A DNA stretch of 64,000 nt from a virus (IMGVR_UViG_3300033463_000041:53147-117146), one strand, 5' to 3'; shown: positions 37,107-45,249, counted from the first letter of the stretch. Made by a program: numbers and translations. The notes: generated by a model from the sequence alone, not told the origin.

Positions 37107-38039
37107 ATGGAAGAAAAGAAACAAACCACCCAGAGTCAGCCGACGGCACAGCCCGCCGACGAGAAGAACCTGCCCATGCGCTACATCAGGCAGCCGTACC
37201 CCATCTCGGCTATTCAGGCCGACCTCTCCACTCAGCAGATACGTATTCTCGTCGGCATGATGCAGAGCGTGCAGGATGGCGTGCAAGCCATGTTTGAGCG
37301 CGGGCCCGTAGACGGTCAGCTGCAACTGTTTCCAGAAATGCAGGACGACCGTGTGAACATCGACTTCAAGTTCAGCGACGTCGTTGATCGTCCTGATGCC
37401 TATCGCGACGTGGAGCGCGTGGCCAAGAAGTTCATGGAGATGGTTTTCCGCTACGAAGACAAGCAAAAGGGCGAAGTAAGCCTGTCGCACTTTGTCGATG
37501 AGATTACCTATCCCTCCCGTGGCAGCAAGCGCGACAAGATCCGCTTCACCTTCACCAAGAAGCAGGCCCAGGCCGTCTTCAACTTCACCATGTACAGCCG
37601 CTATCTCCTGCCCGTAGTCACTTCTTCAAAGAGCAAGCACACCGCCCGTCTCTACATGCTTATTACATCCGCACGTGGGTTCGAGCGCGACGACTCCGGC
37701 ATCTTCCACTGGTACGTCACCTACGAAGAGCTGCGCCGTATTCTCGGCTGTGACGACAAGGACGAGCACGACCGCTGGTATCGCAAGTCGCAGAAGCTCT
37801 ACAAGCATTTCAAGTCCGATGTGCTGCGTACCGCCCAGCGCGAGTTGAAAGCCCTTGCCGACGAAGGGAAGAGCGACTGTTGGTTCGACTTCACCGAACT
37901 GCCGGAAGGTTTCGACGGTGAACCTCTTCGCTTCGACTTCCTCGTACATCTGAACGATGTCAAGAAGCCCATCGACAAGAAGGAGCCTGAGCAGACTGAA
38001 CAGCCTGAGCAGGAAACAATGCCAATGTGGGGAGAGTAG
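37107..38039 (+). CDS. Plasmid replication initiator (Rep_3/RepB family)
   Basis: YIRQP..IS..DLSTQQIRIL, KSKHTARLYMLI, YEELRRILG, YKHFKSDVLRTAQREL; adjacent iterons. Confidence 0.8.
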   Translation: MEEKKQTTQSQPTAQPADEKNLPMRYIRQPYPISAIQADLSTQQIRILVGMMQSVQDGVQAMFERGPVDGQLQLFPEMQDDRVNIDFKFSDVVDRPDAYRDVERVAKKFMEMVFRYEDKQKGEVSLSHFVDEITYPSRGSKRDKIRFTFTKKQAQAVFNFTMYSRYLLPVVTSSKSKHTARLYMLITSARGFERDDSGIFHWYVTYEELRRILGCDDKDEHDRWYRKSQKLYKHFKSDVLRTAQRELKALADEGKSDCWFDFTELPEGFDGEPLRFDFLVHLNDVKKPIDKKEPEQTEQPEQETMPMWGE

Positions 38040-38042
38040 GTT

Positions 38043-38948
38043 ATGGAAAACGATTACAGCAAACTTTGGGAAGACAGCCTCGCGATGATCCGCGAGAAGT
38101 ACGGCGACAAGTTCCGGCACTGGTACGACGTGTGGTATGGCGAAGTGCGCTTCGAGAGCTACGACCCCGACACGCATGTGCTGCTTATTCAGGTGCCGTC
38201 AAAGTACGTCTATGAGTATCTGGAGATGAACGGTGCCAAGGATATCCGCTGGGCCACGAAGGAGGTCTTTAAGACAGACATCATACTGAAGTACCGTATT
38301 CTGGAGCCACGACGCGAGCCTGACTTTGCTCAGGTGGCCGACTATCTGCGCCAGCAGGGATGCACCGTTGGTACCGAACGTCCACACTTCAGAATTGCCG
38401 ATGCTGAGAAGCGAATGCGCGACGGCCTGCGCTATTTCCTTGGTCACGACGGCCAATGGTTGCCAGCTTACGACAAGGTGGCCACCTGGCTCTCCGACAA
38501 CAAGGGTAGGGGACTGGTCTGCATCGGCTATAGCGGAACGGGTAAGACACTGCTGTGTACCAAGGTGCTGCCTGTCATCCTCGGCTATAAGAGCATCGTT
38601 CAATGTACCGCCAAAGAAATGACGTTACGCAATGGCAATGTAGAGCGCATCGACGAGCTGCTGAAGGCGAAGTGTATCATCATCGACGGACTGGGCACTG
38701 AGTCTGTCGATACCAACTACTACGGTCGCCGCCGCCGACCTTTCGAGGAATTGTGCGACGCAGCAGAGAGCGATGGCAAGCTGCTTATCATCACCACCAA
38801 CTGCCTCTCTACGAAACCCATGCCCGACACGTGGGCTGGTAAGTCGCAGTTCCCCACATCCTTTGAGGAATACTATGGCCAGAACGTCATCAACCGCTTG
38901 AAGTCCATCACCACCACCGTCCTCTTCTCAGGACCCAATCTCTGGTAA
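38043..38948 (+). CDS. DnaA N-terminal-like domain fused to DnaC/IstB-like AAA+ ATPase (helicase loader)
   Basis: W..L..IRE..YDVWY..LLIQVPSKYVYEYLE; Walker A GYSGTGKT; IIIDGLGTE; LIITTN; YG.NVINRL. Confidence 0.7.
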   Translation: MENDYSKLWEDSLAMIREKYGDKFRHWYDVWYGEVRFESYDPDTHVLLIQVPSKYVYEYLEMNGAKDIRWATKEVFKTDIILKYRILEPRREPDFAQVADYLRQQGCTVGTERPHFRIADAEKRMRDGLRYFLGHDGQWLPAYDKVATWLSDNKGRGLVCIGYSGTGKTLLCTKVLPVILGYKSIVQCTAKEMTLRNGNVERIDELLKAKCIIIDGLGTESVDTNYYGRRRRPFEELCDAAESDGKLLIITTNCLSTKPMPDTWAGKSQFPTSFEEYYGQNVINRLKSITTTVLFSGPNLW

Positions 38949-39548
38949 TCACTGCTCCCGCTTGCAGCGACGCTGCCACTCACGGCGCATGGGCTCTGCA
39001 TAGACGTCGGGCGTGTCGGTGTCACGGCAGAACGCCTCTATCATGTCTATCTGGGCGTACTTCTCGTCACGGTGCTCTCTGGCATATCTGTCGGCATAGT
39101 CGCTGACGGCCTGCCAGAACGCCTCTCTCAGGATGCGCTGTATGACCTTCGCCTGCTTCATGCCGAAGTTCACGTCCAGCGTCCACGGACGCAGCACGCC
39201 GCTCCTTGTCATGCACAGCCTGGGACACTCGATGGGCAAGTACTGCAGCAGACTTTCCTTTGTCGCTCCGTAACTCTCCTCTATCGCCGTTGGATCAATC
39301 CTCATGCCGGCATCCAGCGCATTGCGGAACGTGGCCGAGATGGAGTTGCCAATAGGTCCGTTCCCCATCGGCTCATTGGCAGTCTCAAGGCGCAGCGCAC
39401 GTCTGGCTCCTGGCAGGTGCTGAATGCTCACCACCTTCCAGTCCTTCACCATTGCGCCACCGCCGAGTTCGTGCTGAACCCAGCCTTGGATAAAGTCCGT
39501 TACTTTCAGCCAGCAGATAGCTGGTGCCCTGTATTGCCGTTCGCTCAT
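38949..39548 (-). CDS. Hypothetical protein, candidate transcription regulator
   Basis: ATG at 39548, just downstream of a TAACTTTG box (39558-39565); C-terminal helical basic end. Confidence 0.55.
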   Translation of the reverse strand: MSERQYRAPAICWLKVTDFIQGWVQHELGGGAMVKDWKVVSIQHLPGARRALRLETANEPMGNGPIGNSISATFRNALDAGMRIDPTAIEESYGATKESLLQYLPIECPRLCMTRSGVLRPWTLDVNFGMKQAKVIQRILREAFWQAVSDYADRYAREHRDEKYAQIDMIEAFCRDTDTPDVYAEPMRREWQRRCKREQ

Positions 39549-39599
39549 TGATGCCTGCAAAGTTACGAAGATTTTTCGAGCAAAAAGAAACTTTCGCCA

Positions 39600-40210
39600 T
39601 TTATCAGAAATCGCCCGAATTTCCCTATTTTCACCTCAAAAAAATAACTGTTCTGATAAATTTATGAAAATGGTGAGTATCAGCAAGTTAGCAGCCGAAA
39701 CACCCCGAAAAACTACCCTCCGAGTTATTTTCTTTCTGATAACTTGCAACCGCCTGACATTCAAGCCGTTGTGAAGTCGAAAAAGTGTATTTATCAAAAA
39801 ATCGCGTTTTTCGGCGAAACTCAGAAATTTTTCTAAACTCTCTGAAATTCCTGTATTCTTTCTCATTCATCAAGCAACGCGCACGTCTCTCCCTTACACC
39901 CACAATAAGTAAAACAAACACATACAAATAAAATAAATGACTGATAATCAATAAATTATATAGTATATATAGCTCGTTATTTTTGTTTTTTGGAACACTT
40001 ATCCCACCAAGGAAATCAAAAATAACCCCGATTTTTTCTGATAAATAATTGATAATCAGCGTGTTAGAAGTTTATAAATGATTTTACAACTATCTGATAA
40101 CCTGATAACTCCTTAAAAAATTTTTTGCCGTCGCGCAGATAACTCCCTCAAAATTTGCACGTTACGCGAAAATCACCTAACTTTGCGCCCGGATTAGTGG
40201 TCTGATAACT
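39600..40210. repeat. AT-rich non-coding region with dispersed CTGATAA repeats
   Basis: CTGATAA near 39653, 39736, 39941, 40038, 40094, 40102 and 40202, and inverted at 39602; no credible ORF. Confidence 0.55.
40154..40185 (+). promoter_or_regulatory. Host-type promoter
   Basis: TTTG (40154) ... TAACTTTG (40178-40185). Confidence 0.5.
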
Positions 40211-40458
40211 AAAAAACTTCTTTTCATACGTCGTCGCGATGACGAAGGTACGAGCCGCCGCGAGGCGAGAATTCAATTTTTTGATTTGTTTTAGTAGATT
40301 AGTTTTTAAGTAGTTTGTTTTTAAAACAGAAGAAGCACGGCCAGTTATACTCTGGCTCCGAGCGTTCTGAGTAAGGTAGACAATTCAGATCGCGTGTTTA
40401 CTTACTCACTCGCACCGTTGCCCCGTTGTAGCTTTGTGGGGTGACGGTGTTTTTTGTC

Positions 40459-40494
40459 TGCCCTTGACTGACTATTGGTTGGAACGTATCTTTG
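40459..40494 (+). promoter_or_regulatory. Putative late promoter (spanin-like operon)
   Basis: TGCCCTTGAC-N18-TATCTTTG. Confidence 0.7.
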
Positions 40495-40512
40495 TATCAA
40501 AACCCAATAGTT

Positions 40513-41256
40513 ATGATGAGACCATTCTACTTTGATCCTCTCGACCCAACGGGCCAGTATTATTACGACCCGCTGCCTGAGCACCCGACGAAAGAAGAGC
40601 TGGAGGAGTACCAGCGCGTGACGATGAAGATGCTACGCAACACCATCATCGGCTTCTTCGTTCTGCTTGCGGCCTTTGCCGTGTGCTCTGTGCTCACCTC
40701 CTGCGTCACGCAGAAGCAGGAGCATCAGGAGCAGACCCATGTTGTCGTGACCGATTCTGCCGCTACCGAGCATAGCCAGGCCGTACAGGTCAGCAATCAG
40801 ACTGTCAACATCGACTCCATCATTACTGCCGTGATGCAGCGCACACGCGAGGAGTTCGCCCGTCAGGAACAGGAGCATGAGATCGTTACCGAGACGCTGA
40901 CGGAGACCGTCGATTCGCTGGGCCGTGTGGTGCGCCAGCAGCAGAAGACCACCGACCGCACCCTCTCGCGCCAGGAGCAGCAGCGCATCGAGCGTCTGGA
41001 GCAGACCTTCGAGCAGCAGATCCACCTTGCCATCTCTGAGCACGACTCCCTGTGGCAGGAGCGCTTTGCCCAGTATCAGGCCACGATGACCGACTCCCTG
41101 CAGTCCGTCCGCGACATGCAGCGTCAGACCAGTGCCACGAACCCCCTCACTTGGTGGCAGCAGTTCCGGCTGCATCTGGCCAACATCGCCCTCTATGCCC
41201 TCCTTATCATTGGCGCCATCTGGCTCATCCGCAAAAAGAAATGGTTAAACAGTTAG
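40513..41256 (+). CDS. Putative unimolecular spanin-like protein
   Basis: Hydrophobic segment ending VLTSC (lipobox), coiled periplasmic region, C-terminal TM helix followed by RKKK. Confidence 0.55.
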   Translation: MMRPFYFDPLDPTGQYYYDPLPEHPTKEELEEYQRVTMKMLRNTIIGFFVLLAAFAVCSVLTSCVTQKQEHQEQTHVVVTDSAATEHSQAVQVSNQTVNIDSIITAVMQRTREEFARQEQEHEIVTETLTETVDSLGRVVRQQQKTTDRTLSRQEQQRIERLEQTFEQQIHLAISEHDSLWQERFAQYQATMTDSLQSVRDMQRQTSATNPLTWWQQFRLHLANIALYALLIIGAIWLIRKKKWLNS

Positions 41257-41555
41257 CATTATCAGAGCTCCGACGTGTCGCCGAGAAGACACGGCTTGTC
41301 AAGGTCAAGGTGCCCGACGGCAAAGGCGGCTTCACGCTGAAGGAAGTGCTGGAGCGCGTCCCTTGGCGCGTGTGGTATGTCTCTGCATCCAATGGCGACG
41401 TCATCCGTGGGCTGGAGTGTGTCACCCTGGCTGTCGATGTCGATGGCCCCGGAGCCTATCCCTCGCGCCTGGTGCAGTTCATCGCCAGCGGTCAGACACG
41501 TCGTCTGCGCGACTGCTGCATCCTACAGGCAAATGACTTCAAGTTAGTGATATAA
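41241..41555 (+). CDS. Hypothetical phage protein
   Basis: ATG at 41241 (MVKQLA); SGQTRRLRDCCI motif. Confidence 0.6.
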   Translation: MVKQLALSELRRVAEKTRLVKVKVPDGKGGFTLKEVLERVPWRVWYVSASNGDVIRGLECVTLAVDVDGPGAYPSRLVQFIASGQTRRLRDCCILQANDFKLVI

Positions 41556-41565
41556 AGTTTCAGGT

Positions 41566-42045
41566 ATGTTTCCACAACAGTATCTCAAGAAAATAGCTTC
41601 TGCCGTATCCAAGCGTTCCGGCATCTGTCAGGCCACCGTAGAGCAGGTGCTGCCTGCCTTCATCGACGAGGTGCGCTTCCAGCTCACCGAAGGCAAGCTC
41701 AGTGTACCCATCGACAGTTTCGGCACCTTTGCCCTCATCGACATTCCCGAGCGTCAGCACCTTTATACGTATAAGGGTGCCAACGAGTTGCGCACCCTGC
41801 CGCCCAAGAAGAAGTTGAAGTTTGCCCCAGCCCGCAGCTTCCGTCGTGAACTGGAGGCCGGTGTCTTCGATGCCAGTCGCAAGTCGTTCTGTCGCCACCC
41901 CAAAGACCCCATCCTGCGCAACCGCGCACAGATGGCCTACCGTGCCGACCGCAGAGACCAAATAAATAAGGGCGCCACCAAATTTTTGAAGCCCACCACG
42001 GATGACACAGATGACACAGATGATGAGGAGAAACATGAATCATGA
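41566..42045 (+). CDS. HU/IHF family DNA-binding protein
   Basis: IASAVSKRSGICQATVEQVL..IDSFGTF..PER..KKKLKFAPARSF. Confidence 0.75.
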   Translation: MFPQQYLKKIASAVSKRSGICQATVEQVLPAFIDEVRFQLTEGKLSVPIDSFGTFALIDIPERQHLYTYKGANELRTLPPKKKLKFAPARSFRRELEAGVFDASRKSFCRHPKDPILRNRAQMAYRADRRDQINKGATKFLKPTTDDTDDTDDEEKHES

Positions 42046-42230
42046 ACCCTGAAACCGCCCGTTAGGGCAAATGTCGCTTATTTGTCCCAAAGTTTTAGCA
42101 AACATTAACAATAATGGATTTTATGTTTCTCATACCCGATAAACACCACCATCAACCTCAGTGTCGTTTCCGTTGACAACAAGCACATAAACTAAACCCA
42201 TTCCATATATTAAGTCTTATGCCATTTGTT

Positions 42231-42270
42231 ACAGCCCGACAGTCACACGAACTGCCGGGCTGTTTCTTTT
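42231..42270 (+). terminator. Intrinsic terminator
   Basis: ACAGCCCG.CAG...CTG.CGGGCTGT followed by TTCTTTT. Confidence 0.65.
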
Positions 42271-42275
42271 GCGAG

Positions 42276-42339
42276 GTAACAAAGAAAGTATAATAAATCT
42301 TAAAACATTTGGCGGTAACAAAAATAATAATTACCTTTG
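42276..42339 (+). promoter_or_regulatory. Promoter with two GTAACAAA(N)A(N)A(N)TA operator-like boxes
   Basis: TTTG 42308, TACCTTTG 42332-42339; boxes at about 42276 and 42315. Confidence 0.55.
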
Positions 42340-42368
42340 CGTCAGATTTCAAAACAAAGCTACACGTT

Positions 42369-42881
42369 ATGAACATGGAAAAAGTAAAAGTCACTCAGGA
42401 CGTTGTTTATCAGTTTATCACCGATCACAATGTCAATCTCTCGGGTATCGCCCGCGAGATGCAGGCCAACCCTACGCTTGTTGCCGGATGCTTCAAGCGC
42501 AATGCCGACCGCAACGGTCGTCCTCGCCACTTCACCGCTCAGACCCTGCCACGTCTGAACGAAGCCCTCGACAAGTTTGCTGCCAACATGCGCCAGAGTG
42601 TTGTGTCCTTTGGTAGCGAGCAGACCTACACCAACAATCGTGGTGTGACATACGACCCTGGCACCATCCCTGCCATCAAGCAGTTGTCGCAGTACTTCAA
42701 CCTCACCCAGTTCATTGTGCGCATCCTTGGCTGGACTGAGAACAAGAAGAACCTGACGTTCTCGTCGCCAACGGCTAAGATGTTCGGCTGCATCAGTCAG
42801 GATGACATCAACCGTATCAATGCCGAACTGCTTGCCGTGTCTGGAGTGCTCTCCAGCTATGAGGTAGTTGAAGACAGGTAA
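42369..42881 (+). CDS. Putative HTH DNA-binding protein (candidate repressor)
   Basis: VNLSGIAREMQANPTLVAGCF HTH-like segment, with a second FNLTQFIVRILGW unit; ATG at 42369. Confidence 0.55.
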   Translation: MNMEKVKVTQDVVYQFITDHNVNLSGIAREMQANPTLVAGCFKRNADRNGRPRHFTAQTLPRLNEALDKFAANMRQSVVSFGSEQTYTNNRGVTYDPGTIPAIKQLSQYFNLTQFIVRILGWTENKKNLTFSSPTAKMFGCISQDDINRINAELLAVSGVLSSYEVVEDR

Positions 42882-42949
42882 TATTTCGCTTCACGTTTGA
42901 TGTTGTAAAGCAATCAGCAATAACCTTGTGCGGGATTATTTGCTGATTG

Positions 42950-43132
42950 TTTTTTTTTGATTTCTCTACGGAAAACACACATTCCAACAAATATTTTTTT
43001 TTTGATTCGCGCACCTATCGCGACGCAGAACCCGCGCCTCGCTGGGCGGCGGAGCCTGCGGATCCGCCGTTCGGACTGGCTGCAAATATGCTGCAAAGGT
43101 GCAAAGGTGCAAAGGTTGCAAAGGTGCAAAAA
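42950..43132. other. Candidate packaging (pac/cos) or genome-end site
   Basis: T-tracts, GC-rich block with CGGCGGA/TCCGCCG hairpin, then tandem TGCAAAGG repeats; lies at the boundary with the early region. Confidence 0.35.
43081..43132 (+). repeat. Tandem 8-bp repeat TGCAAAGG (4 exact, 2 degenerate copies)
   Basis: Seen directly in the sequence. Confidence 0.85.
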
Positions 43133-43202
43133 TAGGAAAGCCCACCAACACCCGCACGATTATGAATAAGGTACGCGATGGAAAGCAAAAAAAATGCTGT
43201 TT

Positions 43203-43258
43203 GCAACAAAAAAAGTAGTTCTAAAATTTGGAAAGTAACAAAAAAAGTAGTATCTTTG
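43203..43258 (+). promoter_or_regulatory. Early-region promoter with two operator-like boxes
   Basis: TTTG 43227, TATCTTTG 43251-43258; GCAACAAAAAAAGTA 43203 and GTAACAAAAAAAGTA 43235. Confidence 0.7.
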
Positions 43259-43264
43259 CCAATG

Positions 43265-43895
43265 TCAGAACGACACAAGAACGGAAACACTGACAAAGAG
43301 TTCTCAAACATATTGATACATCGTACCGCACAAGCCGCAAATATCTTTGCAAGTTAGTGTGAAGAGCACGGAAATTCTACCACTTAGTAGTGGGCACGTG
43401 TGCCCAAATCAGAAAAGCAAGAGGCCGTGTTGATATAGAACTTTGCCTACATTGGTATGGCTTGTAAGGTAGTCCCACATTGGTGGGTAGGTGTATTAAT
43501 TGGACAACGGCTGCAACCTATGGATGTAGTGTATAGGTACGCAAATGCCCGTAAAACGGCATAAGCGGTAAAACGCTATCGTGTACCCAGTGCTATATCT
43601 GGCGGACTAATAATGTGGTCGGTTACAAACGAAAGGGAAATGCTATATAGCCGTATGCTATACAGCCCTGCGCCTGATGGGGCATAACGGAACGTATTGG
43701 ATAGTTCCGGAGTGGGCATACGTACAAAGTGGATAGGCCCGGGTAGGAACTATAGACGCCAGTCTATAGGTAGGTATGAATGAACGACTACCGGATTTAT
43801 CCGGCGGAAACTATAGGCCTATAGAGAAAGTGAGCACTATGTGCAGGGAGTTCGGCACTCCCCTATGGGCGCAATGATAGCAATGTCGCTATCAG
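43265..43895 (+). ncRNA. Putative large structured non-coding RNA or leader
   Basis: ~650 nt with no sense-strand ORF of 60 aa or more between a consensus promoter and the first early ATG; many perfect hairpins; tRNA-like minihelix at 43818-43870. Confidence 0.5.
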
Positions 43896-43911
43896 GTAAA
43901 ATCTTACAATT

Positions 43912-44538
43912 ATGGCAAACAAGAAGAACGTTCCCGCACAGAACACAAACAGTGCAGTATCCGTGAGTATCGAACTTTCCCGTACCGCTATGAAGAAAGC
44001 CCTGGGAGCAGTGTTTAACGAGACTTGCAAGTTCAAGCAGGCTTGTCGTGTATTCGACGGCATGGGTGCTTTCCCCGTACCTACCGGTAAGAACTCCACT
44101 ATGCGCTTTGACGAGCTGCTCAAGCCCCTTGCTATCAACTTTAAGGGCGGTCGCCTTGACCCCGAGAGTGTGAAGAGTGCATGGAAAGTCATGACCGCTG
44201 ACGGCTATATGGCTCTCTATAAGGATGTGCAGGGCTATGAGGCAGTAGAGGGCGACGAGGAGAAGTCACGCAAGGTGTACACCTGGAACTCGGAGAAGTC
44301 GCAGTATGACGGCGTATCGGTCAAGCGTATCGTGGCCGTGGAGAAGTGGAACGCAGGTCTTATCCTTGAGGGTATCTTGCAGGCAGCGTTTACCGCCTAC
44401 TATATCGACGAGGCAGCTAAGAGTCAGAAAGCATGGGACGAGTACGAGGGCGAGCTCTATGTCTTCGACAAGGTGCAGGACAAGGACGGCATCACTAACA
44501 AGCGCCACATCATCCGCAAGACACAGGTGGAGTTCTAA
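43912..44538 (+). CDS. Hypothetical early protein
   Basis: 208 aa, strong codon bias, A-rich initiation region. Confidence 0.75.
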   Translation: MANKKNVPAQNTNSAVSVSIELSRTAMKKALGAVFNETCKFKQACRVFDGMGAFPVPTGKNSTMRFDELLKPLAINFKGGRLDPESVKSAWKVMTADGYMALYKDVQGYEAVEGDEEKSRKVYTWNSEKSQYDGVSVKRIVAVEKWNAGLILEGILQAAFTAYYIDEAAKSQKAWDEYEGELYVFDKVQDKDGITNKRHIIRKTQVEF

Positions 44539-44653
44539 GGAACTCCCACCTATCCCCATCGGAGCCTGACATAGAGTGGAAACATGGCTATGGCGGTGGA
44601 CTTGTCGGTGTCCACCCAGGCACAAAGTATAACATCATAACATCGTGAAGACT

Positions 44654-45076
44654 ATGAGCGAAAGAACGACGAAGCAGATCTGCGCCCGCATGAGAGAAAT
44701 CAGCGCAAGCAGAACGTTCCACCATCAGCGCAAGCAAAGGGTGGAGAAGTGTGAAACTATCTATGAGCAGACTATGGTGGTCAAGGGTGGGCGCAAACCC
44801 AAGCACTTTATGACCTCCAAGCAGCTTATCGAAGCCTATGAGCAGGTGGAGTGGGAGACAGAGAACCGCCACCAGATGTTCGAGGCTGGCAAGGGTACGC
44901 GCTTCACTAAGCGCACTCATGTGAACAACGGAGCCCACTATACGAAGAGTGGTGGAGTAACTACGACCAAGCGACCTACCGCTCATGGCGAAGTGTGCTC
45001 TATCGGCAGACAGATTGTAGTCAAGCGGTTCAGCAACAGTCGCCTGACGTGTGTATGCAAGAGCATCGTGTATTAA
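44654..45076 (+). CDS. Basic hypothetical early protein
   Basis: ATG at 44654. Confidence 0.55.
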   Translation: MSERTTKQICARMREISASRTFHHQRKQRVEKCETIYEQTMVVKGGRKPKHFMTSKQLIEAYEQVEWETENRHQMFEAGKGTRFTKRTHVNNGAHYTKSGGVTTTKRPTAHGEVCSIGRQIVVKRFSNSRLTCVCKSIVY

Positions 45077-45249
45077 CAAGCAACAACTAACCGGCACCCA
45101 GCGACGGCTGAGAGCGTAGATATAGCCAGACACTTGAAAGCCCACCTCTATAGGACTATGGTGAGGTGGTGAGCGGAACGTGCAGCGCGAGGATCGAGAC
45201 GCTATCAGCAAGAAGCAGTGTGCCTAAAACAATATCGGAGGACAATCGT

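Noticed and set aside
43265-45249. Self-cleaving ribozyme or true tRNA in early spacers
   Set aside because: No complete hammerhead (CUGANGA/GAAA), twister or pistol core found by eye; the tRNA-like element lacks D-stem and anticodon arm
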